Below, piece after piece: positions 18,901 through 26,491 of a DNA stretch of 32,000 bases. The notes beneath the pieces are model-generated. The model worked only from the letters and a program-made list of their open reading frames with translations, did no database searches and had not been told where the DNA came from. The stretch lies in contig WBXG01000001.1 in NCBI GenBank assembly GCA_008932965.1, forward strand, positions 1 through 32,000, in the 5' to 3' direction. Both the position numbers and the translations under genes were made by a program. The DNA is from Verrucomicrobiota bacterium (lineage in GTDB: Bacteria; Verrucomicrobiota; Verrucomicrobiia; Chthoniobacterales; UBA6821). Numbering within the stretch: position 1 is the first letter of the stretch; each line of letters begins with the position of its first letter.

Positions 18901-19954
18901 AGCTCTCTATGCACAATATAGTATATCGTTAATGAAAGATCAGCTTAGGGTTGCTGAATATGAGCAAAGAGAAGAAAAGGTTGCGGAACTACAAAATGAA
19001 ATTATCCGTTTAGAAAAAGAACAACCACAACTCTGGTCTGCCGTGATGAAATTGTGTGAAAAAGGACACGCAATTGCTCCTAAAGAGGCAAAAGAATGGT
19101 GGGGTGATGAAATAGAGAGGGTCAAAATACAATCGCAATTAAATAATTCTGATGGCAATTATGAGCTTTGGAAAGAGATGCTAGCAGCATCTGATAAACA
19201 GCTTGCTGTTTGCGATTATGAAAAAGAAAGGAGTGAACGATACTATCGCTTAGTAGCTTTAGGAGATCAAGCGCTTCAAGATTTTTGGAAAAAGAAAATT
19301 CGATCTTGGGAATTGTTTAAAAAAGGGGAACAGGCTCAAGTATTCTATTATGAGGCAAGTAAAGAAAGTTGTTTGGCAGATCAGCTTTCTCAACAATGTG
19401 GGGCAACAAAAGATAACGACGTGTTCATGAATGCGATTCAACAAGAGAAGAAGGCTATTAAGAGTTGGGATCCAGTGATTGAAAAATTTAAAACATTGAA
19501 AGAAGATTCAGAAATCCCGGAATATTTTACATGGCAAAAGGCTTTAGAGGCTTCTTCTGATGCAAAAAACCAACGCAAGCTCACTCAACTTGAATTAGAT
19601 GTAATAAGATTAAGAACTGAGGTAGATAAATTAAGTGAGGCTGCGCGTACCAATCCCTCTTTATGGAAAGAGGCCGTGACGGCGAGCAAAAAAGAAAAAG
19701 TAGCTTGTAAGCTTGCCCTTGCAATGTGGAAGCAAAGCATTAAAGAAATCCCTGTTCACCGAAAAGATCTTCTTGGTTGGTGGGAGAAGCGGGAGCAGTA
19801 TTTAGGTTCTGACCGTGATGATGCTTCGCTTCGATTAAGCATCAATCAAAATAATGAAGCTGTTGTTGCTAGCGCTGCGGCCCATCAAAGGCCTTCTTCA
19901 AAAGAAAAAGTGCGTCAGGTCATTAAGGATAAGGAAGCACGAAGAAAGAAATAG
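15998..19954 (+). CDS. Giant (1318 aa) secreted coiled-coil protein with a small N-terminal FGE/SUMF1-like motif region
   Basis: One uninterrupted ORF. The ATG at 15998 gives the signal peptide MKTKILFLIFSFFSVVNSFC. From about aa 335 onward it is Lys/Glu/Gln/Ala-rich with heptad character. The track start at 15968 is a TTG inside the transposase IR-R. Confidence 0.8.
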   Translation: MKTKILFLIFSFFSVVNSFCQEKRPGEEGIITIQKQCEFLNEVAASDIHHLYESEESSIKRSGSPGRYQYEVVGEICNDGMQRLDWIDAARYCNWKFNNSFQKEPAFNDALMTESGIYLLEEDQLVSADNNAPFFVFFSNAPTIDPLLRSNQVTAVCVKKENDAHQASGAAVAGAFMEGLGEELLAGTLFVAAVVGTGSAVVGESRELKTRYDFTLEGCRVAVQDHPTGKRFIVQEDKTQKKILCVTEESAVGDPRANSENKNTTQLIRRLLKTEYLDEEVEKIMPQQDKKNKEYPAVSSELLIKASKLPRKVVGASSKSDEEVFGPHKERIRELQLHLVNAQLTTAYATALSKKIEEDDGRWLSDKIDQRYFLVVRYRAAHAKMEEIIKVATARIRQCEKKTMNLKGPLDGDITILERFFPGYEIFSKEIEAANQAHEKLNEAIKKNDANIDDAAKASQGYWQKILIKTKEAQKMLSETQKPFLEELKHFRETYRLYQEEYQELLRQLSEQTKIVDASWQKAFVTAENLVSGVLGNDGIAALKAAKETFYGDETKGIQSVKKAKASFEEAEKAAASCFENGTTYFFQEEHQRSASLGKMEEIWIQRIKKYDGLIQEKKNLKKQLHEANDSLSEEEKEKIHEIIMSLDVRRRAESNEVEALRRAVEAVKTLHQAEAILTEATKMEWRSTAAEPSNTLGSDSLYDAFVHKKNSSLKIRKAALYSEKELRGQVDSIYKAYNGVGTFLSQPSFSAGSVSQLKNLMVQLKNSWTEANKQVAVSRRAWNKAAKAVEEARESKVTWAKNILRLASTGTHNFSLGKATKKDGELLGALWVGRDVLESEKESPATKSAGSAAADFSRDEEEKGKGVMSCDGLKRFRPLDYKADFKKYQMNFEQRSAPHKKWNGEEQDGSITWGNGHLTIINPHDEDAGVHVLSLRFVPLKGAQLDEGIYDEKEMQLKAEMRELDHQALYAQYSISLMKDQLRVAEYEQREEKVAELQNEIIRLEKEQPQLWSAVMKLCEKGHAIAPKEAKEWWGDEIERVKIQSQLNNSDGNYELWKEMLAASDKQLAVCDYEKERSERYYRLVALGDQALQDFWKKKIRSWELFKKGEQAQVFYYEASKESCLADQLSQQCGATKDNDVFMNAIQQEKKAIKSWDPVIEKFKTLKEDSEIPEYFTWQKALEASSDAKNQRKLTQLELDVIRLRTEVDKLSEAARTNPSLWKEAVTASKKEKVACKLALAMWKQSIKEIPVHRKDLLGWWEKREQYLGSDRDDASLRLSINQNNEAVVASAAAHQRPSSKEKVRQVIKDKEARRKK

Positions 19955-20008
19955 TATTTAACTTGTCGGTTCATTAAGGGAAATCACAACTGTCCGGTTA
20001 AAAGAGTC

Positions 20009-20192
20009 TTAACCTGCATATTTCACACCAATCACCTGCGGATACCGGGAAGCCAGCTGTATACTGCTTTGATCTCGAAGTCCTCCTCGGGCAGTAGGGA
20101 CTCATACAGCCGTCGTCAGACTTCATCACTCGCCTTGCCCCATCAGCCTTCGCTGCCTCCTCGTCGCGATCAGTATGAAACATTCGGGTTAA
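20009..20192 (+). mobile_element. MITE-like TIR element, copy A (body 20013-20188, flanks TTAA/TTAA)
   Basis: Termini cctgcatatttcacaccaatc and gatcagtatgaaacattcggg. A perfect TTAA direct repeat lies on both sides. It sits in the convergent gap between the giant gene and hutI. Confidence 0.85.
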
Positions 20193-20250
20193 TGAGTTGT
20201 TAGTATTTGAAAAAAATTATTTGAAAGAAAAAAAAGTGTGAGGTCTTTGA

Positions 20251-20537
20251 TCTCTTTTCTCCTTTCGTGATGATCATTGGTTCAAAATCGCCTTTACGAT
20301 CTAGGGGTATCTCTATCTCGATTGATCCCTCTTTTGTTAGGAGCGTTTTTTTTGCTGTACCTATTTTGATAGTTTTCCTCCTCGCGGGGCTTCTCTCTTT
20401 GCTCGTAGCCAAGATGGAGCGTGAGCTCTCCTCGAAGTGCTCGTTCTACAATCCTCTTCGTCAACATTGGAACTATTCCATCTACTCCAAAAATCCTTCT
20501 CTTGTGCTACCATGTTTTTTTGTAACTCATCACTCAT
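20251..20537 (-). pseudogene. IS256-family (Transposase_mut) transposase N-terminal remnant, frameshifted and truncated
   Basis: My own three-frame translation gives MSDELQKNMVAQEKD / IFGVDGIVPMLTKRIVERALRGELTLHLGYEQREKP..NRYSKK / TLLTKEGSIEIEIPLDRKGDFEPMIITKGEKR. This follows the IS256 N-terminal pattern (E..L..HLGY ... N.RNG.SKKTL.T..G.I.I.IPRDR.G.FEP). Reading it through needs at least two frameshifts, one at an A8 run. The catalytic DDE part is absent. Confidence 0.7.
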
Positions 20538-21752
20538 CACTTCTTCCCCTCTTTTTACCAATCTCTGACAAGAGCGTCCATGCAGGTAGTAGGCAAGTTC
20601 AGCAGGCGATTCAATCTTCCAGAAAGCAAAATCAGCATTTTTTCCGATTTCTAAAGAGCCACATTCTTTTTCAAGACCGAGAGCTTGTGCTGCATGTAGA
20701 GTCACGCTGCGTAATGCTTCTTCGGGCGTAAAACGCCATAATACGCAGGCCAAGTTCATGATCGTAGACAAAGAATGAATCGGTGAGGTTCCAGGGTTAA
20801 AATCGGTAGCAAGGGCGATAGGAATGTGATGTTTGCGTAAAAGCTCGATGGGAGGAATCTGAATCTCACTCAAAAAATAAAAAGCCCCGGGTAATAATAC
20901 AGCCACCGTTCCTGATTCTTTGAGGGCGAGCACATCAGATTCCCTCATATATTCTAAGTGATCGGCAGAGAGGGCTCCATAGCGGGCTGCGAGCGAAGAG
21001 CCTCCGAGCCAAGAGAGTTGTTCTGCATGGATTTTCAATTCAAAGCTAAGATCCTTTGCTGCTTGGAAGATCATTTTTGTTTCTTCTAACGAGAAGGCAA
21101 TGTTTTCACAAAAAACATCAACAGCTTCTGCAAGCTCTTCTTTTTTTACGACGGGTAAAAGCTCGTTGCATATCCATGCTACATACTCGGTACGGCGATG
21201 TTGAAATTCCGAAGGAATCACATGGGCTGCAAGGCAAGTCGTTTGAATAGAGATTGGAAAATTTTCTTTCAGCTCTTTAGCAACGCGCAATATCTTTAAC
21301 TCACTTTCCATGTCGAGACCATAGCCCGATTTTATTTCTAGAGTGGTAACACCTTGCCTCATAGCAAAGCGTATTCGCTGCGAAGAGCATTCTAAGAGCT
21401 CTTCAAAGGAGCTGCTCCTTGTTGCACGAACACTCGATAAAATACCCCCTCCCGAGGCCAGGATCGATGCGTAAGATTCTCCCTGCAACTTTCGTGCAAA
21501 TTCGTCAGCGCGCTGACCTGCAAAAACCAAATGAGTATGACAGTCGATGAGTCCCGGAGTAATCCACTCTCCCTTCATTTCAAAGACGTGGTGGGCAAGC
21601 CCTCTAGGAGGGCCAGGTAAATCAACCTCTCTTCCTAGCCAGACAATCTTTCCATTCTTTACAGCAATGGCTCCATCATGGATGGCTCCGTAGGGAGTAT
21701 TGATCGGGGCCAGTGTTGCCAAATGAACACGGGTCCACAGTTTATCCCACAT
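20361..21752 (-). CDS. hutI: Imidazolonepropionase, with a ~57-codon C-terminal run-on into the IS256 remnant
   Basis: Amidohydrolase metal motif IDCHTHLVF. Family-typical length is reached near ...LVKRGEEV, and the remainder of the ORF is read from the IS256 remnant. There is an 11-nt overlap with hutG. Confidence 0.9.
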   Translation of the reverse strand: MWDKLWTRVHLATLAPINTPYGAIHDGAIAVKNGKIVWLGREVDLPGPPRGLAHHVFEMKGEWITPGLIDCHTHLVFAGQRADEFARKLQGESYASILASGGGILSSVRATRSSSFEELLECSSQRIRFAMRQGVTTLEIKSGYGLDMESELKILRVAKELKENFPISIQTTCLAAHVIPSEFQHRRTEYVAWICNELLPVVKKEELAEAVDVFCENIAFSLEETKMIFQAAKDLSFELKIHAEQLSWLGGSSLAARYGALSADHLEYMRESDVLALKESGTVAVLLPGAFYFLSEIQIPPIELLRKHHIPIALATDFNPGTSPIHSLSTIMNLACVLWRFTPEEALRSVTLHAAQALGLEKECGSLEIGKNADFAFWKIESPAELAYYLHGRSCQRLVKRGEEVMSDELQKNMVAQEKDFWSRWNSSNVDEEDCRTSTSRRAHAPSWLRAKREAPRGGKLSK

Positions 21753-22746
21753 AGTTTTTTAGTACCTCTGCCACAAAATGAGCTGCGAGCTTTGCTGTTT
21801 GTGAATCCTGATCATAGATAGGATTGAGTTCTGCAATATCAAAACCAATCACTTTACCACTTTCAAGAACCTGTCTAAAAAATGGAAGCAAGGTGTAGGG
21901 TGAAAGACCAAACGCTTGTGGTGAACTCACTCCAGGAGCATAAGCAGATGCAAAGACATCAAGACAGAGAGTGAGGTAAATATTTTTAGAAGCAGCCAAC
22001 CAGGCTCCTAAAGATTCATGTACTAGATGAGGTCGATAAATCATCTCTTCAGCGAGGGTATAGTAGGTATTGATAGAATGAGCATAATCAAAAAGATTTG
22101 CGGTATTACCTAGAGGTTGAAGACCTAGACAGGCATAACGTGATGCTATTTTCTTTTCTGTACAATAGTGATGAATCTGACGAAAGCTCGTTCCTGAAGA
22201 GCCATTTCCATTTGGAAAAAGAGGACGCAAATCAAAATGAGCATCAAAATTTACCACATCGATGTTCAGCGTAGGATCATTGGGATCTAATGAGGGAGTT
22301 TTCAGACTAGAATACGATTTTACAAGTCCTTGAAAATGCCCCCAAGCCATTTCATGGCCACCCCCTAAAACAATGACAAAGGCTCCTCGAGCTCTCAGTG
22401 TCGCTATCGTCTCTGCAAGGAGCTTCTGGGCTTTTTCTAAATTATCCTCATGACAACAAATGGTGCCGGAATCCCAAAGGGAAATAGTTTTTTCATTCCA
22501 TGCAAGGTTCTTTAATGCTTTGCGCAATGGCTCAGGAGCATCGGCTGCTCCAAATCGTCCCAGATTGCGTCGAACCCCTTCATCAGAGGAAAACCCAAGA
22601 AAAACAATGCTCCGAGCTGGTAGTAAGGGAGGTAGTTCTTCAAGAGGAAGTGGCTGAATATGGCACCCTAGTCGTCCTTGCGCAATTTCCTCTTCCTCGT
22701 TCCAGGGTGATGGATGGAGATAGGAATGAGCATTAAGTTGGTACAT
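21742..22746 (-). CDS. hutG: Formimidoylglutamase (arginase fold)
   Basis: 334 aa with arginase-family motifs GGGHE, DAHFD and LCLDVF..APGVS. Located inside the hut cluster. Confidence 0.85.
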   Translation of the reverse strand: MYQLNAHSYLHPSPWNEEEEIAQGRLGCHIQPLPLEELPPLLPARSIVFLGFSSDEGVRRNLGRFGAADAPEPLRKALKNLAWNEKTISLWDSGTICCHEDNLEKAQKLLAETIATLRARGAFVIVLGGGHEMAWGHFQGLVKSYSSLKTPSLDPNDPTLNIDVVNFDAHFDLRPLFPNGNGSSGTSFRQIHHYCTEKKIASRYACLGLQPLGNTANLFDYAHSINTYYTLAEEMIYRPHLVHESLGAWLAASKNIYLTLCLDVFASAYAPGVSSPQAFGLSPYTLLPFFRQVLESGKVIGFDIAELNPIYDQDSQTAKLAAHFVAEVLKNYVG

Positions 22747-22766
22747 AAAAGAAATAAAAAATGATG

Positions 22767-24347
22767 CTAGCCCGACTTGCCTATTTGAGAACAGTCATGG
22801 AAGTTTGGTTTCCCATCAATCTCTAAAACAACAGTAGCCACTCTTCCACCCAAAACTGCTTGCTGCAGCGCCTCTATCTCAGGCGATAAAACATGGTCGG
22901 AGCTATCAAGTTGAATGAGTGGAGAGAGTTGTTTCATGATTTTCTCAAGACGCTCGCTTGTTTTAAGAGGAAGATGAAAGGCCACAGCACGTATTGTAGA
23001 GAGCAGCTCAATTGCCGTTACATAGCCAGCATTTTCAAGCATTTCATGTAAGCGTCGTGCTCCGGAAGTCGCCATGCTCACATGATCCTCTTGATTTGCT
23101 GAAGTAGGAATGCTGTCAACACTGGCAGGGTGAGATAATGATTTGTTTTCGCTCACCATCGCTGCTGCTGTCACATGAGCAATCATGAGCCCAGAATGCA
23201 ATCCGCTATTTGTTACAAGAAATGAGGGGAGACCACTAAAATGGCGATCCATGAGCATGGCAATGCGTCGTTCTGCAATAGAAGTCATTTCGGCAATAGC
23301 AAGGGCTAAGTGATCAGCAGCAAAGGCTACTGGCTCAGCATGAAAATTACCTCCACTGATAACTTCTCCTGTCTCAGGAATAACGATGGGATTATCGGTG
23401 ATGGCGTTAGCTTCACGCTGTAGTATGCTAGCGACATAGTTCATGGTATCTAAACAGGTCCCCATCACCACTGCTTGGCAGCGCATGCTATAGGGATCCT
23501 GTACTTTTCCACAATCACGATGACTCTCCGAAATCGAACTATGTCCTAATAACTCACGTGACCAAGTAGCAATCTGTTGCTGTCCTTGCTGGCGACGTAG
23601 TTCTTGAATTTTCGGATGGAACGGAGAGATGGATCCTTTAATAGCCTCAATCGCAAGTGCTCCTGAAACAATAGTAGATCCTAAAAGACGCTCTGTTTTA
23701 AAAAGGGCAGCCAAGGCAAGTCCTGTGGAGACCTGAGTTCCGTTAATGAGGGAAAGTCCTTCTTTGGGGCCTAGTACATAGGGCTTCCAATCAATTATTT
23801 TTAATACTTCATGGGCTGAAATAATATTTCCTTCAAACCATGCATCTCCCTCTCCAATAAGAACACCTGCTAAATCTGCAAGTGGAGCTAAATCTCCAGA
23901 GGCCCCAACAGAGCCCTTAGCATGAAGACATGGAAAAAAACCACGATTAAAAAGCTCTAATAATTTTTCGACTAGAATCCATCTTACTCCAGAGTAGCCA
24001 GCAGAAAGACCGACTATTTTCAAGGCTAAAACCAATTTGCAAATTTTTTCATCAAGATATGCTCCCACCCCTGCTTTATGAGAGCGGATAATATTGAGTT
24101 GTAACTCTGCTAATTTATCGGGTTCAATGCGCGTACTTGCAAGAGCTCCAAATCCAGTATTAATACCATAGACCGTTTTTCCTTCCTTCATTGTCTGAGT
24201 GACGACTGCCGCCGAGCGCTCTATCGCGATTTTCAGAGAGGAGGCTACATGAAGTGCTGTGGGCTCAAAATAAATGGTACGAAGTTCTGCAAGAGAGAGT
24301 CCCGATTCGGTGAGGGTAATAGAATTTTTCATGAGTAGGTTGTACAA
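22767..24347 (-). CDS. hutH: Histidine ammonia-lyase
   Basis: MIO-forming motif GSVGASGDLAPLA. Full-length HAL/PAL family architecture. An alternative start (MKNSITL) exists at 24332. Confidence 0.95.
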   Translation of the reverse strand: MYNLLMKNSITLTESGLSLAELRTIYFEPTALHVASSLKIAIERSAAVVTQTMKEGKTVYGINTGFGALASTRIEPDKLAELQLNIIRSHKAGVGAYLDEKICKLVLALKIVGLSAGYSGVRWILVEKLLELFNRGFFPCLHAKGSVGASGDLAPLADLAGVLIGEGDAWFEGNIISAHEVLKIIDWKPYVLGPKEGLSLINGTQVSTGLALAALFKTERLLGSTIVSGALAIEAIKGSISPFHPKIQELRRQQGQQQIATWSRELLGHSSISESHRDCGKVQDPYSMRCQAVVMGTCLDTMNYVASILQREANAITDNPIVIPETGEVISGGNFHAEPVAFAADHLALAIAEMTSIAERRIAMLMDRHFSGLPSFLVTNSGLHSGLMIAHVTAAAMVSENKSLSHPASVDSIPTSANQEDHVSMATSGARRLHEMLENAGYVTAIELLSTIRAVAFHLPLKTSERLEKIMKQLSPLIQLDSSDHVLSPEIEALQQAVLGGRVATVVLEIDGKPNFHDCSQIGKSG

Positions 24348-24462
24348 GGGTAAAAATTAAAAATTCACGTTTTTAGGATGATGGGGCTGCTGTTACTTTC
24401 AAGAGAAATAGGAGCAGGTTTCTTGAGTAAATTTTCTATTTTTGTATCTACTTAAGATATTG

Positions 24463-26136
24463 TTATGGAATCATCGGAAAATTAAGATGATTTTCTTTTG
24501 CACATGCAATTGCTTTTTGATAGCCAGCATCTGCATGACGCATTACTCCAGTAGCAGGGTCATTCCATAGAACACGTGCGAGGCGTTTTTCAGCTGCATC
24601 AGTTCCATCGGCAACAATGACCATCCCTGAATGTTGAGAATACCCCATCCCAACACCTCCTCCATGATGCAAGCTTACCCAGGTGGCTCCACTTGCTGTA
24701 CTAAGTAAGGCATTGAGAAGAGGCCAATCGGAAACGGCATCGGAACCATCGAGCATGCTTTCTGTTTCACGATTAGGGCTTGCGACCGAGCCGGAATCCA
24801 AATGATCTCTTCCAATGACAATGGGAGCTTGTAGTTCTCCAGAAGCAACCATTTTGTTGAAAGCAACTCCCAGACGTGCACGATCCTTAACTCCTACCCA
24901 ACAAATACGCGCTGGTAATCCCTGAAATTGAATTCTCTCACGAGCCATATCCAGCCAGCGATGGAGATGAGGATCATCAGGAATAAGCTCTTTAACTTTA
25001 GCATCTGTTTTATAAATATCCTCAGGATCCCCTGAGAGAGCTACCCAGCGAAATGGGCCTATCCCTTCACAGAAGAGAGGCCTGATATAAGCAGGAACAA
25101 AACCTGGGTAATCAAAAGCATTTTCTACACCCTCAAGAAGGGCCATCTCTCGAATGTTGTTACCATAGTCAAAAGTAGGAATGCCCTGGTGATAAAAAGC
25201 AAGCATTGCCTCTACATGACGTGCCATCGATTTTTTGGCAGCTGAAATTATTTTTGTAGGGTCTGAGGAACGGCATTCCTCTGCCTGCTCAAGAGTCCAA
25301 CCTGCAGGTAGATATCCATTCAATGGATCATGAGCACTTGTTTGATCTGTTACCATGCTTGGTTTTACACCACGTTTTAGTAATTCTGGAAATATTTCGG
25401 CAGCATTTCCAAGCAAGGCGATAGAGATGGGCTTTTTTTCCTGACACGATTTTTCAATCATAGAAAGAGCTTCACTCAGATCATTCACGCAGTGATCGAC
25501 AAATCCTTTGGACAAGCGTTTTTCAATGTGTGCTGGATCACATTCTACAGCGAGAACAGAGGCACCAGCCATGGTTCCAGCAAGTGGTTGAGCTCCTCCC
25601 ATTCCCCCAAGGCCAGCAGTGAGAATCCATTTGCCTGACAAATCTCCTTGGAAATGTTTTTTACCTGCCTCAACAAAAGTTTCATAGGTCCCTTGAATGA
25701 TTCCTTGAGTGCCAATATAAATCCAAGAACCGGCTGTCATTTGACCATACATCATGAGGCCGAGTTTATCTAATTTATGAAAATGCTCCCATGTAGCCCA
25801 ATGAGGAACGAGGTTGGAATTCGCAAGGAGCACACGGGGTGCATCAGAATGTGTTTTAAAAACGCCAACTGGCTTTCCTGATTGAATCAAGAGAGTTTCA
25901 TCCTCTTCTAATTGTTGAAGTGTTTCGACAATACGATCAAAGCATTCCCAATTGCGGGCTGCCTTACCAATACCACCATAAACAACTAAATCCTCGGGGC
26001 GTTCTGCGACCTCGGGGTCGAGGTTGTTCATGAGCATTCTTAAGGGAGCTTCTGTTAGCCAACTTTTTGCAGACAGTGCAGTACCTCGTGAAGCACAAAT
26101 AACACGAGAAGAATGGTGTGTATTCATTTTTATCAA
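24463..26136 (-). CDS. hutU: Urocanate hydratase
   Basis: 557 aa with the N-terminal [29 protein letters not shown], the NAD-site motif [12 protein letters not shown], and family-typical length. Confidence 0.95.
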   Translation of the reverse strand: MIKMNTHHSSRVICASRGTALSAKSWLTEAPLRMLMNNLDPEVAERPEDLVVYGGIGKAARNWECFDRIVETLQQLEEDETLLIQSGKPVGVFKTHSDAPRVLLANSNLVPHWATWEHFHKLDKLGLMMYGQMTAGSWIYIGTQGIIQGTYETFVEAGKKHFQGDLSGKWILTAGLGGMGGAQPLAGTMAGASVLAVECDPAHIEKRLSKGFVDHCVNDLSEALSMIEKSCQEKKPISIALLGNAAEIFPELLKRGVKPSMVTDQTSAHDPLNGYLPAGWTLEQAEECRSSDPTKIISAAKKSMARHVEAMLAFYHQGIPTFDYGNNIREMALLEGVENAFDYPGFVPAYIRPLFCEGIGPFRWVALSGDPEDIYKTDAKVKELIPDDPHLHRWLDMARERIQFQGLPARICWVGVKDRARLGVAFNKMVASGELQAPIVIGRDHLDSGSVASPNRETESMLDGSDAVSDWPLLNALLSTASGATWVSLHHGGGVGMGYSQHSGMVIVADGTDAAEKRLARVLWNDPATGVMRHADAGYQKAIACAKENHLNFPMIP

Positions 26137-26139
26137 TAA

Positions 26140-26160
26140 TTAGAATTTGAGCAATTCTAA
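26140..26160. promoter_or_regulatory. 21-bp palindrome TTAGAATT-TGAGC-AATTCTAA immediately 5' of hutU
   Basis: Perfect 8-bp arms at 26140-26147 and 26153-26160, starting 4 nt upstream of the hutU ATG. It is a candidate operator or leader hairpin, with no further support. Confidence 0.25.
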
Positions 26161-26240
26161 GACAGAAAAAGGGAAAAAGGGAATCAGGAAGAATTTTTTT
26201 CTTCTTTCAAAAAACTATTTTTATGAACTATTCGGGGGGG

Positions 26241-26300
26241 CTCGGATATTTCGTACTGAAGTGTCATGAGGTGCCCTATAGAGCATTCATCTGACTTTTA
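26241..26300 (-). repeat. Truncated inverted MITE fragment abutting copy C
   Basis: ctcggatatttcgtactgaagtgtcatgaggtgccctatagagc matches the reverse complement of the right end of copy D (ctcggatatttcatactaatcgtcatgaggtgccgtgcaaagc). It is preceded by a G7 run. Confidence 0.65.
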
Positions 26301-26306
26301 TAGTCC

Positions 26307-26491
26307 CTAACCCGGATATTTCACACTAATCTACTGCGGAGGCCGGGAAGCAAGGGTGGATGCTGCGTTAGACTCACATTTTGATTTGGACAGCATGTAC
26401 ACATACAGCCCGGCATCAAAATGCTCGTCTGCCTTACCCCATCAGCCTTCGCGACTTCCTCGTCACGATTAGTATGAAATATCCGGGCTAA
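26307..26491 (+). mobile_element. MITE-like TIR element, copy C (body 26311-26487, flanks CTAA/CTAA), best-preserved TIRs
   Basis: The left arm cccggatatttcacactaatc and the reverse complement of the right arm cccggatatttcatactaatc match at 20/21. CTAA is directly repeated on both sides. The right CTAA overlaps the TAG stop of the POT transporter gene. Confidence 0.9.

Noticed and set aside
19998-20183. 61-aa minus-strand ORF (MFHTDRDEEAAKADG...) lying entirely inside MITE copy A. The same frame also stays open through copy B and most of copy C.
   Set aside because: Only the first ~15 codons are similar between copies, and this mirrors nucleotide identity of the terminus. The rest of the peptide is unrelated between copies, and copy D has an early in-frame stop. 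I treat it as non-coding repeat sequence.
20267-20731. 154-aa plus-strand ORF.
   Set aside because: It is antisense to the hutI 3' region and the IS256 remnant, and has low-complexity composition.
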